From Chloroflexota bacterium (GTDB lineage Bacteria > Chloroflexota > Dehalococcoidia > UBA2979), in contig JAQCKI010000003.1 of NCBI GenBank assembly GCA_027592645.1, forward strand, positions 1-61,070: a stretch of DNA of 61,070 nucleotides, given 5' to 3'. How positions within the stretch are numbered: position 1 is the first letter of the stretch; each line of letters starts with the position of its first letter. Shown one piece after another: positions 8,524 to 18,338 of this stretch. Position numbers and translations under genes: made by a program. Under the pieces are notes generated by a model, which did no database searches, was not told the origin of the DNA, and saw only the letters and a program-made list of their open reading frames with translations.

Positions 8524-9813
8524 ATGCGACCTTCCCAGGCCATCGCATCAGCACATCGGGAGCCCGTCATCGCCTTCGACGCCCCCGTCACGACCGAGGA
8601 AGACGCGCGCGTCACCCGCGCCGTCTTCGCCATCGCCGTGGGTGCAGGCATCGCCAGCATGTCGATGAACTTCTGGGTGCCGTTCCTGCCGCTGTACATG
8701 CGTGAACTCGGGGCGGTCTCGGACGCGGATGCGCTGTTCTGGGTGGCCGTGGCCGCGACCTGCCAGGGGATCGTCCGGCTCGCGTCTGGCCCGGTGTGGG
8801 GCATGCTCTCCGACCGATACGGTCGCAAGTTGATGTTCCTGCGCGCTCTCGTTTTTGCCTCCGTCACCACGGCGATCGCCGCGCTTGCGACGCAGCCGTT
8901 GCACATCGTGGTCGCGTTCGTGTGCCAGGGGTTGTTCTCCGGCTTCGTGCCGGCGGCCACGGCGCTGACCAGCGTCTCCGTGCCGGACCGAAGGATGAAC
9001 GGCAGCCTGAGCACGGTGACCGGCGCGGTCTACCTCGGCAACACCGTGGGGCCGGCGGCGGGCGCGGTGATGGCCGTGCTGATCGGCTATCGCGGCGCGA
9101 TCCTGGGCGCGGCGGCGATGCCCGCGCTGGCGGCCATGCTCGCCGCGATCACTGTGCCACGCGACCGTATCGGCCCCGAGGTGCGCCCGGTCACCGAGGG
9201 CGACGCCGTTGGGGCCACCGAAGCCGTGCCTCCGCGCACTTCGGCGCGGTCACTCTTCACCACGCAGTTCAGCCTCGTGTTGCTCGTGTTCTTCGCGACG
9301 ATCTCGCTGACGCAGGTGCTGCGGCTGGCGACGCCGGTGGCGCTCGAACGGATCGAGGGCCTCGGGCAGGCGACCGGCGCGTCGGGCGTGGCGTTCACCC
9401 TCGCGGGGCTGGCGAGCGTGGCGGGGATCGTCCTGTCGCAGCGCATCGTGCGGAGTGGCCGTCTGACGCGGGTGCTGGGGCTCGCCTGCCTCGTGACCGC
9501 CGGTGCGCACCTGGTGCTGCCGTTCTCCACGACGGCGGTCACGTTCATCGCCGCGTTCGCGCTGATCTCGTTGCTCCAGGCCGGCATGGTGCCCGCGACC
9601 AACACCCTGATCGCCGCCAACGCCCCGCGGGAGCGTCGCGGCACGGCGTTCGGCTTCGCGAGCGGCGTACAGGCGATCGGGTTCATGGTGGGCCCGGCGA
9701 TGGCGGCCGGGTTCGCGGCGGTGTCGCTGGACCTGGGCTTCGTGGTACTCGCCGGGCTGTTCGCGGCGCTCGCGGTGCTGGTCTTCGCGGCGATCCGCGA
9801 GCCGCGGATGTAG
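8524..9813 (+). CDS. MFS transporter (DHA1/MdtG-like)
   Basis: PFLPLYM, GPVWGMLSDRYGRK (motif A), about 12 TM segments, RERRGTAFG. Start uncertain. Confidence 0.9.
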   Translation: MRPSQAIASAHREPVIAFDAPVTTEEDARVTRAVFAIAVGAGIASMSMNFWVPFLPLYMRELGAVSDADALFWVAVAATCQGIVRLASGPVWGMLSDRYGRKLMFLRALVFASVTTAIAALATQPLHIVVAFVCQGLFSGFVPAATALTSVSVPDRRMNGSLSTVTGAVYLGNTVGPAAGAVMAVLIGYRGAILGAAAMPALAAMLAAITVPRDRIGPEVRPVTEGDAVGATEAVPPRTSARSLFTTQFSLVLLVFFATISLTQVLRLATPVALERIEGLGQATGASGVAFTLAGLASVAGIVLSQRIVRSGRLTRVLGLACLVTAGAHLVLPFSTTAVTFIAAFALISLLQAGMVPATNTLIAANAPRERRGTAFGFASGVQAIGFMVGPAMAAGFAAVSLDLGFVVLAGLFAALAVLVFAAIREPRM

Positions 9814-9817
9814 CGGC

Positions 9818-11113
9818 TCAGTCCGCCAGTTCGCCCTCGGTCAGCACGTGGCCGTCCGAGGGGTCGCGGAGCGTGGCACCCAGGCCGTGCGGCATCGGCG
9901 TGGCGAGTTTGCGGAAGAAGTCCGGGAACGTCTTGGAGACGCACGCGGGGTTGCGGATCAGGATCCCCGGCACGAACAGCCCGAGCATCGCGAAGCACAT
10001 CGCCACCCGGTGATCCTCGAACGTCTCGATCTCGGCGCCGTGCAGTGCGGAGGGGTGGATGACCAGGTCGTCGCCTTCCATCTCCACGCGCGCGCCGCAG
10101 AGCGTCAGGCCCTCATAGAGCGCCTGCACGCGGTCGCACTCCTGCACGCGCAGCCGGTCGAGGCCCACGAACCGCACCGGCCGGCTCAGCAGCGGCGCGA
10201 TCACGATCGCGGTCATGATGCTGTCGCCCAGATCGGTATTGCGGGAGACCAGCGGCGGTACCTGCTCTGCGAGCGCGGCGGCGCAGAACCGCTCGAACCG
10301 CTCGTCGAACTGCCACCCGGAGTGCGGCCAGTTGGTCACCGTCACGGACTCCGCGTCACCACCCCGCAGCCGCGCCATCAGATCCGCGCCGACAAGGTAA
10401 GAGGCGCTCGATGCGTCGCCCTCGATCTGATGGACGCCCGGCTGCGTGTAGATCGGAATCATCTGCTCGGTCATCGTCACGTACGGCGACTCATCGGCGT
10501 TGGCGTCGATGACCTCCACCTCCCACCCGCCGACGCGTGCGCCGAGCAGCAGCGCGGAGGCGAACTGGGAAGAGTCGCGAATGCTCACCGTGCATTGGCC
10601 CGGCCGCGGCCCTGCGCCGCGCACCACGGCAGGTAGGTGCCCGTCCTCCGCGTCGATGCGGTAGCCGAGTTGCCCGAGCGCGTCGAACAGCGCGCCCTGC
10701 GGGCGCTCGTGCATCCGCTTCGTGCCGCTCAGCCGGTACGCCCCGCTGCCGAGGCACACCAGTGCGACGAGGAACCGCGCGGCGGTACCGGCGTTGCCGA
10801 CGTACAACTCGACTGGCGAGTCCTCGGTGCCGCCGGGGGCAAGGCGTCCGCCGCAGCCCTGCACCACCAGCGTGCGGTTGTCGGGCTCGGTCGGGTCGGG
10901 GGTGATGGTGACGCCCACGCCGAGGGTGCGCAGGCACTCGACCATCACCTGCGTGTCGTCCGACCACAGCGCACCGTGGAGCGTGAACTCGCCCTCGCCG
11001 AGTGCGGCGAGGATCAGCGCGCGATTCGTCTCGCTCTTGGAGCCGGGCACGCTGACACTCGCACGGATCGGCGCGGGCGGTGGGACGACCTCGAGCAGTG
11101 CGGGGAGTGCCAT
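9818..11113 (-). CDS. aroA: 3-phosphoshikimate 1-carboxyvinyltransferase (EPSP synthase)
   Basis: VPGSKS, GNAGTAARF, RMHERP, SSQFASALL, DASSASY, LRVQECDR, DHRVAM, CVSKTFPDF. Confidence 0.93.
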   Translation of the reverse strand: MALPALLEVVPPPAPIRASVSVPGSKSETNRALILAALGEGEFTLHGALWSDDTQVMVECLRTLGVGVTITPDPTEPDNRTLVVQGCGGRLAPGGTEDSPVELYVGNAGTAARFLVALVCLGSGAYRLSGTKRMHERPQGALFDALGQLGYRIDAEDGHLPAVVRGAGPRPGQCTVSIRDSSQFASALLLGARVGGWEVEVIDANADESPYVTMTEQMIPIYTQPGVHQIEGDASSASYLVGADLMARLRGGDAESVTVTNWPHSGWQFDERFERFCAAALAEQVPPLVSRNTDLGDSIMTAIVIAPLLSRPVRFVGLDRLRVQECDRVQALYEGLTLCGARVEMEGDDLVIHPSALHGAEIETFEDHRVAMCFAMLGLFVPGILIRNPACVSKTFPDFFRKLATPMPHGLGATLRDPSDGHVLTEGELAD

Positions 11114-11171
11114 GCACCGATTCTAACGGCGCATGGCACTCCGCTCGCGATCTGCGCGGCTGTGTCGAGGG

Positions 11172-12134
11172 CTACTCGAACGCCGAGGGCGGGATGATGC
11201 CCAGCCGACCGGCGCGATAGTCCTCGAACGCCTGCACCAGTTGCTCTCGGTTGTTCATCACGAACGGCCCGTACCAGGCGACCGGCTCACCGATCGGCTG
11301 GCCACCGAGGATCAGCACGTCGAGGTTCGGGCTGCGGCTCTCCTGCTCCCGATCCGCCTCGATGGTGATGCCGCCGGGACCTCCGGCGAACAGCGCGAGT
11401 TGCCCCATCTTCACCGGGCGTCGCTCCGGCCCGACCGTGCCGAGGCCGTTGAGGACGTATGCGACGGCGTTGAAGCCGGGGTCCCACGGCAGCCGCAGGC
11501 GTGCGCCCGGGTAGATCGTCGCGTGCAGCATCGTGATCGGCGTGTGCGTGACGCCCGGCCCGGCGTGGCCGTCCAGGTCGCCCGCGATCAGGCGCACCAG
11601 TGCGCCGCCGTCCGCCGAGGTGAGCAGCGGCACGTCGCTCCCTCGGAGGTCCTGGTAGCGCGGCGCCAGGAACTTGTCCTTGGCCGGCAGGTTCACCCAC
11701 AACTGGAAGCCGTGGAACAGGCCGCCTGAGACGACCAGCGCCTCCGGTGGCTTCTCGATGTGCAGGATCCCGGCGCCGGCGGTCATCCACTGCGTGTCGC
11801 CATTGGAGATCACGCCGCCGCCGCCCTGCGAATCCTGATGTTCCATGATGCCGTCGATCATGTACGTCACGGTCTCGAAGCCGCGGTGCGGGTGCCATGG
11901 CGTGCCCTTCGGCTCGCCGGGGGCGTATTCCACCTCGCCCATCTGGTCGAGGTGGACGAACGGGTCGAGGTCCGCCAGGTCCACGCCCTGGAAGGCGCGG
12001 CGCACGGGGAAGCCCTCGCCCTCGAATCCCTGCGGGGCGGTGGTCACGCTGCGCACGGCGCGGTCGGGCGCCTCGTCCGAGGGCTCGGCGATGCGGGGGA
12101 GGGTGAGGAGGTCGTCAACGGTTACTGCTGGCAT
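11172..12134 (-). CDS. Pirin family protein
   Basis: DPFVHLD, WHPHRGFETVTY, HQDS, QWMTAGAGILHIE, FQLWVNLP, GPFVMN. Confidence 0.95.
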   Translation of the reverse strand: MPAVTVDDLLTLPRIAEPSDEAPDRAVRSVTTAPQGFEGEGFPVRRAFQGVDLADLDPFVHLDQMGEVEYAPGEPKGTPWHPHRGFETVTYMIDGIMEHQDSQGGGGVISNGDTQWMTAGAGILHIEKPPEALVVSGGLFHGFQLWVNLPAKDKFLAPRYQDLRGSDVPLLTSADGGALVRLIAGDLDGHAGPGVTHTPITMLHATIYPGARLRLPWDPGFNAVAYVLNGLGTVGPERRPVKMGQLALFAGGPGGITIEADREQESRSPNLDVLILGGQPIGEPVAWYGPFVMNNREQLVQAFEDYRAGRLGIIPPSAFE

Positions 12135-12167
12135 GGAGGTCTCCATTCGTTCGTTCCATCCTGCCAT

Positions 12168-12195
12168 AGCATACCAGAAGTAAGTAAGTAATCAA
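12168..12195 (-). promoter_or_regulatory. Putative sigma70-type promoter of the pirin gene
   Basis: Minus strand TTGATT-16 nt-TATGCT in an AT-rich patch; the spacer contains (ACTT)3. Confidence 0.5.
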
Positions 12196-12268
12196 GTGTT
12201 TGACAGGGCCGGCCCGCCGAATGCCTCGGCCGGGGTGTTATCGTCGCGGCCGGTCAGGGGAGGTGCGG

Positions 12269-12661
12269 ATGTCGGTCGATGTGGCCCGCGAGGTGATCGA
12301 GCGCTGGGTCGCCGCCTTCAATGCGCGCGACGTCGAGGGCGAGATCGCCGCGTTCAACTTCCCCCACGTGCGCCTCGCCAACGGGCGCTTCGAGACGATC
12401 GAGAGTCCCGACACGCTCCGGATTCGCCACGAGCGGTCGACCGCCGGGTTGCAGGCCGAGGGATGGCACCACACCGACCTCGATGTCATCGAGGCGGTGC
12501 AGAGCGGCACGGACAAGGTCCACTTCACGCTGCGCTACACCCGCTGCCGTACGGACGGGACGCCGTATGACACGTTCGATTCACTCTGGATCGTCACCGA
12601 CCAGGACGGCCACTGGGGCGTGCAGTTCCGTTCGAGTTACCTCTCGGCCCGTGGCCGGTAG
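12269..12661 (+). CDS. SnoaL/NTF2-like family protein
   Basis: VIERWVAAFNARD, FNFPHVR, W.HT..D, SLWIVT..DGHWGVQFRSS. Confidence 0.72.
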   Translation: MSVDVAREVIERWVAAFNARDVEGEIAAFNFPHVRLANGRFETIESPDTLRIRHERSTAGLQAEGWHHTDLDVIEAVQSGTDKVHFTLRYTRCRTDGTPYDTFDSLWIVTDQDGHWGVQFRSSYLSARGR

Positions 12662-12679
12662 GCGCCAGGAGGCTCCCCG

Positions 12680-13006
12680 ATGATCTACGAACTCCGTATC
12701 TACACCGCCAACACCGGCAAGATGGCCGCGCTGCAGGCGCGCTTCCGCGACCACACGGTGGCGCTCTTCGAGCGGCACGGCATCAAGAACGTCGGCTACT
12801 GGACGAACGCCGTGGGCGGCCGCAGCGACGAACTCTGGTACATGCTCGCCTTCGAGGATGCCGGGCAGCGTCAGCAGGCGTGGGCGGCCTTCCAGGCCGA
12901 CCCGGAGTGGCAGCGCGCCCGCGCCGAGTCCGAGAAGGACGGGCCGCTGGTTCACCACATCGAGAACCGGCTGATGAGCGCCACGGACTACTCGCCGCTC
13001 AAGTAA
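12680..13006 (+). CDS. NIPSNAP family protein
   Basis: MIYELRIYT..GK...L.ARF.DH, GYW, W.AF.ADPEW, ATDYSPLK. Confidence 0.93.
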   Translation: MIYELRIYTANTGKMAALQARFRDHTVALFERHGIKNVGYWTNAVGGRSDELWYMLAFEDAGQRQQAWAAFQADPEWQRARAESEKDGPLVHHIENRLMSATDYSPLK

Positions 13007-13131
13007 CCCTGAAGCGACCCCGATATGGCTCGCGGGGGCCTCGGGAACCCGCTGACCCTCCCGTGCGTCTACGATCACAGTGCTGAGGCGGGCCGCAGGC
13101 CCACGCCGGCAGTCGGGACGAGAGGCGCACG

Positions 13132-13626
13132 ATGAGCGCATCCACGCGATGGCTGGCCGGGGTCGGCGGTGTCTTGCTGGTAGCGGCGGTGGTCAGCGCC
13201 GCCGTCGCGCTGATGGCCAGCGGCACGCAGCAGTTCGATGAGGGCACGCCCGAACGCACCGTCCAGCGCTACCTGGAGGCGGTCGCCGAGCGCGACGCCA
13301 CCACGGCGCTCGCCCTGATGTCGGACGAACTCGTCGCGCGGTGCGGCCCGATGCCGCGCGACTCGATCATCCACCGTGGCACCTCGCGCTTCCGCGCCGC
13401 CCTCGAGGAGACGCGGGTGCGCGATGCCGGCGGGGTCGAGATTCGCGTTGCCATCACCGAATCATGGGGCGACTCGCCGTTTGGCGGCGGCGACTCTACG
13501 TGGTCGGTGTTCTTCGAACTCGTCGAGCAGAATGGCGAGTGGCGATTCTCCGTGGAGCCGTGGCCCACCTACTGCCCGAACCCCCGAGAGCTCCCGCCGG
13601 TTCCTGCCAAGCCTGCAAACCGTTAG
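13132..13626 (+). CDS. Membrane-anchored NTF2-like hypothetical protein
   Basis: N-terminal TM; TPERTVQRYLEAV..RD...A, LVEQNGEWR; 9 nt upstream of the DUF5671-like gene. Confidence 0.68.
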   Translation: MSASTRWLAGVGGVLLVAAVVSAAVALMASGTQQFDEGTPERTVQRYLEAVAERDATTALALMSDELVARCGPMPRDSIIHRGTSRFRAALEETRVRDAGGVEIRVAITESWGDSPFGGGDSTWSVFFELVEQNGEWRFSVEPWPTYCPNPRELPPVPAKPANR

Positions 13627-13635
13627 GTCGTCGTC

Positions 13636-15438
13636 ATGGCATCCGGCCTCCTCTTTGGCATCCTGGGTACCCTGCTCCCGTTCGTGGTCATCGGCGCGAT
13701 CATCGCCGCCGCGATCAGGTCACGCACTGACGATGACGACGCTGACGTGCCGCCCGGCATTGGCACCGCACGGCGCCTCTTCCTCTACGGCATCGGCTTC
13801 GTGGCGCTTGCCTTCGCCGCGTCAGGCGTCGCGCTGCTCATCGGCGGGGCGCTGGATGCCGCGACCGGGTCGCTGCTGATCGATCAGAGCGGGACGCGCG
13901 TCGCGGTGGCACTCTCGTTCGCGACCGTCGGCATCCCCGTGTGGGGCGTGCTGGTGCTGCTCGCGCAGCGCTCGGTCACCGCGCACCCGGTGGAGCGCCG
14001 GTCGCAGGCGCGTCGGTTCTACTTCAGCCTCGCCCGAGGTGTGGCGATCACCATCGTCGCGTTCAACGCAGCGGAGGTGCTGCGCGTCATCCTCCAGGTC
14101 AGTGACTTCTCCGGCGGGCCGTGGGGCTGGCTGGTCGCGTGGGCGGCGGTCTGGCTGATTCACGACCGCCTAGCCGCTGCCGAGCCGGCAGAGTCCGCCG
14201 TCACCTCGCTGCTGGACCGCCTCTACCGCTACTACGCCACCCTCCTGGGTCTCGTGTTCCTCTTGGTTGGTGCCGTGGGCGCGGTCTCCGTGCCGCTACA
14301 GGCCGCGTACGACGGCCTCTTCCGCACCACGCTGGTGGCCGGTGCCTGGTCCGAGGAGTGGCGCGAGATGATCGCGCTGCTGGCGGTCGGAATCGTCGTC
14401 TGGGTGCCCGCGTGGGTCATGCGCCTCGGCCGGATCGATGCCGGTTCACCGCTCTGGCGGGTCCAGGTCTTCCTCGCGGGCGTGCTCGTCGCGGTGATGC
14501 TGACGGTGGGCTCCGCCGGCACCCTGGTGCACCTGGTGCTCCAGTGGCTGATCGGCGTCCCGGAGGCCGCCCGCGCGGCGAACCATTTCGAGTTGCTGCC
14601 CGGTGCGATCGCGATCGCGCTCGTCGGCCTCGCTTCGTGGGGCTACCACCACGCGCTGCTCGATGAGACGGCACGCATCGGCGAGCCGAGGAGCGAGCCG
14701 GAGCGGGTATACCGCTACGTACTGGCCGGCAGCGGACTGGTGGCGGTGGCCGCAGGCGTCACACAACTCATCGCGCTGTTGATTGAGGTCATCGCCGGCA
14801 CCGACTCCGTGATCGTGAGCGGCGACGGCTGGTGGCGGAACCGCATCGTGCTGGTGTTGACGCTGTTCGCCGTCGGTGCGCCGCTGTGGGCCTACGGCTG
14901 GCTCCGCATCCAGCAGGCCGTGCGCTCCGGCAGCGCCGCCGAGCAGCAGGCGACCAGTCGCCGTGTCTACCTGTTCGGCATCTTCGGCGTCGCCGCGCTC
15001 GTGATGCTCGTGAACCTGACGGTCGTCCTGTTCCAGGTGTTCGAGGCATTGCTGGAGGATGGCCTCTCGTCCGGCCTCATTCGAGACGTGCGCTGGAGCA
15101 TCGCGCTGGTCACGGTCGCCGGTGCCATCGCCGGGTACCACTGGCTCGTCCTGCGCGAAGATCAGTCCGAGCGCGAAGGTGCGCCCGAGGCCACCCCGGT
15201 GCGCCGTCGCGAGGTCACGCTCGTCGTCGCCGCCCGCCGCCGCGAGGGCATCGTCGCGGCGCTCGAAGGGATCGAGGGTGTCGCCGTGCGCACCTGGGAA
15301 CACCTCGGTGATACGGGCGGCGCGCTGCCGGCATCCGCGCTCGAGGCGCTCATCGATGAGGTCACGGCCAGCGAGCACTCCCGCCTGCTGCTGGTGGTCG
15401 AGGGTGACGTGTACCAGTTGACGCCCTTCAGCGTGTAA
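13636..15438 (+). CDS. DUF5671-like repeat membrane protein
   Basis: About six (R/D/E)RxY/FxY-initiated hydrophobic units (RRLFLY, RRFYFS, DRLYRY, WRVQVF, ERVYRY, RRVYLF), several ending in W..H/W; small soluble C-terminal domain. Confidence 0.75.
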   Translation: MASGLLFGILGTLLPFVVIGAIIAAAIRSRTDDDDADVPPGIGTARRLFLYGIGFVALAFAASGVALLIGGALDAATGSLLIDQSGTRVAVALSFATVGIPVWGVLVLLAQRSVTAHPVERRSQARRFYFSLARGVAITIVAFNAAEVLRVILQVSDFSGGPWGWLVAWAAVWLIHDRLAAAEPAESAVTSLLDRLYRYYATLLGLVFLLVGAVGAVSVPLQAAYDGLFRTTLVAGAWSEEWREMIALLAVGIVVWVPAWVMRLGRIDAGSPLWRVQVFLAGVLVAVMLTVGSAGTLVHLVLQWLIGVPEAARAANHFELLPGAIAIALVGLASWGYHHALLDETARIGEPRSEPERVYRYVLAGSGLVAVAAGVTQLIALLIEVIAGTDSVIVSGDGWWRNRIVLVLTLFAVGAPLWAYGWLRIQQAVRSGSAAEQQATSRRVYLFGIFGVAALVMLVNLTVVLFQVFEALLEDGLSSGLIRDVRWSIALVTVAGAIAGYHWLVLREDQSEREGAPEATPVRRREVTLVVAARRREGIVAALEGIEGVAVRTWEHLGDTGGALPASALEALIDEVTASEHSRLLLVVEGDVYQLTPFSV

Positions 15439-15514
15439 CCCCTGACCCGCCGCCCGCCTGTCCGAAGTTCGCTACCATCCCCGCGCCACAGGTGACGGGT
15501 GATGGGAACTGACG

Positions 15515-16315
15515 ATGCCGTTTGTGCAGGCAGGCGATGTCCGCCTCGAGTACTTCGAGGCGGGCGAGGGCGATCGGACGATGGTGCTGGTGCATGGCGC
15601 TTCGTCCTCGTCGCGGGCGTGGGCCGGTGTGCAACGCGCGCTAGCCGAGGCCGGCGTGCGGTCACTCGCCATCTCGACGCGCGGCGCCGGCGGCTCTGAC
15701 CGCGCCGCCACCTTGGATGGCTACACGCCGGAGTCCTACGCGCGCGACCTCGCCGCGGCGGTGGATGCACTGGGCCTCGGGCGCTTCGTGCTCGTCGGGC
15801 ACTCGCTGGGGACGCTGGTGAGCCGCTACTACGTGCGCGACCACGCCGACCGAGTGCGCGCGCTGGTGCTGATTTCCGGGCCCGACCCGGGCACGGGGCC
15901 GCGGACGCCTGAGCAACTGGCCGCCCGACAGGCCTCGCCCGCCGCGCAGCGACCGGCGGACGGCCGCCCCGGCGCGGCGTGGCTCCACCATCACGCCGGT
16001 CTGAGCGAAGCGGAGCGTGAGGCGCTGTGGGGCGACTTGCAGCAGAACCCGCCGGAGCGCGCTCAGGGCCAGGCACCACCGTGGCCGGGCCTTGATGGGC
16101 TCGCCGCGCAGATGCCGGTGGACACGCTGGTGGTGCTGGGCGATCAGGATGAGACGGTGGCGCCGTCCACGCCGCTGCGCGGCTTCCTGGAACTACCGGT
16201 GGAACGTCGGTCGTTGCACGTGTTCCACGGGGTGGGGCACTACCCACCGGCGCAGGTGCCGGAACGCCTGACCGGCGTGCTCCTCCGCTTCACGAAGGAA
16301 CACGCCGGCTGGTGA
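15515..16315 (+). CDS. Alpha/beta fold hydrolase
   Basis: LVHG, GHSLG nucleophile elbow, GDQD, GVGHY. Confidence 0.9.
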   Translation: MPFVQAGDVRLEYFEAGEGDRTMVLVHGASSSSRAWAGVQRALAEAGVRSLAISTRGAGGSDRAATLDGYTPESYARDLAAAVDALGLGRFVLVGHSLGTLVSRYYVRDHADRVRALVLISGPDPGTGPRTPEQLAARQASPAAQRPADGRPGAAWLHHHAGLSEAEREALWGDLQQNPPERAQGQAPPWPGLDGLAAQMPVDTLVVLGDQDETVAPSTPLRGFLELPVERRSLHVFHGVGHYPPAQVPERLTGVLLRFTKEHAGW

Positions 16316-16339
16316 CGTTCGACCGATGGCCCTCGGCTG

Positions 16340-16777
16340 CTACTTGCCGCGCGAGGGGAGGGCGATCACCGCGTGCCCGGGGCACGTGGGGTCACCCTTC
16401 TGGTTGACGACGTTCATCTCCAGGAAGACCCGGTTCTCACCGTCCACGACTTCCTTCTTGGTGACCTTGCCGGTCACGGTCAGGATGTCGTTCTTCTGGT
16501 TGATCGCGCGGTATTGCAAGCCGCACTCGCGGATCTCGGCCTCGTCGCCGATCCAGTCACGGAGCGCGTTGAGCATGTACGTGTAGCGCAGGTTGCCCAT
16601 GCCAAAGGCACCGGCCTCGTTCAGCGCCTTACGGCCAGACTCGTCATCCATGTGGATGTAGACGAACTCGTCGTTGACGGCGGCGTACCGGTTCCAGTTC
16701 ATGAAGTCGGTCTGGCGTGACCACGGCGGCGACTCGTCGCCCATGTTCACGTCCTCGAAGTAGACGTTGACTGCCAT
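16340..16777 (-). CDS. MaoC-like (hotdog) dehydratase
   Basis: YFEDV..GD, YAAVNDEFVYIHMDD, GMG, NQKG; follows a second hotdog-fold gene. Confidence 0.8.
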   Translation of the reverse strand: MAVNVYFEDVNMGDESPPWSRQTDFMNWNRYAAVNDEFVYIHMDDESGRKALNEAGAFGMGNLRYTYMLNALRDWIGDEAEIRECGLQYRAINQKNDILTVTGKVTKKEVVDGENRVFLEMNVVNQKGDPTCPGHAVIALPSRGK

Positions 16778-16805
16778 CTGATGCTTCCTTCTCGCCTGTG
16801 GGCGA

Positions 16806-17306
16806 CTAGTAGCGGATGCCGGTGGAGATGCGAACCTTGACGACTTCGTCCTTCTGGTTGCGCCACTCCATTTCGGTCTCGGTGAACAGGGTCAGGCCCA
16901 GGCGCGTGGTGCGCTCGTTCCACTCCTTCAGGCGGGTGCGCGAGGTGATGACATCGCCCGGGCGCATCGGCACGCCGAAGGTCTCCACCTGGCCGCCGTT
17001 CATGCCTCGGGTGCCGGGCGTGCTACCCATGCCCTGCGGCGCACCACCGGCCGTGCGCGGCCGGTCGATCGGCCACGCGAACGGGTTGAAGTCGTTTGGC
17101 GCGATGATCCCGCCCCAGCGCGTGCCCTTCGCGTACTCCGCGTCCCAGAAGACGCGCGGCGGCGTGTCCGGCCAGTAGGAGGCGATGCCCCACTTGCGCA
17201 GGTCAGACTCCGCGATCGGCGGCGAAACCCGCACGTTCTCCCACACGCCCTTGCGGGCCTCCATCTCTGGCGTGACCAGAGTCTCCAGCTTCTGTTCGGA
17301 CGTCAC
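16806..17306 (-). CDS. MaoC_dehydrat_N (FAS1-like) hotdog protein, partner subunit
   Basis: D.EYAK.TRWGGIIAP, MNGG.VE....MRPGDVI, NQKDEVV; AAGGAG RBS before the GTG. Confidence 0.8.
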   Translation of the reverse strand: MTSEQKLETLVTPEMEARKGVWENVRVSPPIAESDLRKWGIASYWPDTPPRVFWDAEYAKGTRWGGIIAPNDFNPFAWPIDRPRTAGGAPQGMGSTPGTRGMNGGQVETFGVPMRPGDVITSRTRLKEWNERTTRLGLTLFTETEMEWRNQKDEVVKVRISTGIRY

Positions 17307-17426
17307 CGTCCCGCTCCTTTCCCCCGCGTGCTGACCGGATACCCCTTGAGGGTGACCGGGCGAGCACAATTGTAATCAGCCTGTCATCCCCACCTGTGAA
17401 GGCGGGCGCGAACCGGGCGAACGGTA

Positions 17427-18338
17427 CTACTGGAGCGGTGCCAGTGGGGGCAGCGCGAGCGGGCGAACCCAGAAGAACGCCTCGCCCGATGTCACGCGTA
17501 GCATCTCCGCCGGCATCGTCGGGCCGCAGCCGAGGCTGAACCACGTCACGCCGCCGCCCGCAGCATCGACCCACATCTGGCGACCCTCGCCACCCTCGAA
17601 CGCGAATATCGCGACGAACTGGGGATCGAGGTTCTCGCCGCCCGGCGCGCCAACCACCGCGTACAGCCGCAGCGGTGCCTCCGGGCCCGCGACGTCGCTC
17701 GTGAAGAACCGGTCGAGGTACTCGGGCATCTCTGTGGCCGCGCGGGTGCCGTCCGGGCACGCGTCCACGCGCGGTGGCGTGGCGTCCACGCCGCCGTCCG
17801 CACCCGTCGAGGTGCTCATCACCCGCAGCATCGCGTCGCGGTCGCCTCGGACCACCACGCCCACGACCTCGTCCACGACCGGCAGGCCGGTGCTGGCGGT
17901 CTCCGGGTGCAGCGCCCCGGCGAACTCGAAGCCGGCGGCCAGGGGCGTGATCTCGGGCAGCGCCTCGTAGGCCACGTCCAGGCTGACCCACTCTTCGACG
18001 TACGCGATCCAGCCGATGCCGGTGAGCGCGACCCAGCGGCCCGCTGCTCGGCCGGAGACCGGGACCTCGTCGCCGGGGTTCAGCCGTCCGATCACCACCG
18101 CGCTGGTGCTGGGCGCGGCGCGCACGTTCAGATCGTCGGTGGTGATCCGTGCGGTACCGATCGCCGGCCACGCAATCGAAGGTGTGGGCTCGGGCGTGGA
18201 GGTCTGCACCGCGACCGTCGGTGTCGGCGTCGATACCGCAGGGGGCCGGGCGTCGTTGCCGGAGCAGGCGGTGAGGGTCAGTGTCGCGATCATCGCCAGC
18301 ACCACACCAGTGATCGGCCATCCGCGGTGTCCGGACAT
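17427..18338 (-). CDS. Lipoprotein with bacterial SH3 domain
   Basis: Lipobox LTAC, Pro/Thr linker, LNVRAAPST..VIGRL..G..V...W...GWI (SH3b). Confidence 0.75.
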   Translation of the reverse strand: MSGHRGWPITGVVLAMIATLTLTACSGNDARPPAVSTPTPTVAVQTSTPEPTPSIAWPAIGTARITTDDLNVRAAPSTSAVVIGRLNPGDEVPVSGRAAGRWVALTGIGWIAYVEEWVSLDVAYEALPEITPLAAGFEFAGALHPETASTGLPVVDEVVGVVVRGDRDAMLRVMSTSTGADGGVDATPPRVDACPDGTRAATEMPEYLDRFFTSDVAGPEAPLRLYAVVGAPGGENLDPQFVAIFAFEGGEGRQMWVDAAGGGVTWFSLGCGPTMPAEMLRVTSGEAFFWVRPLALPPLAPLQ

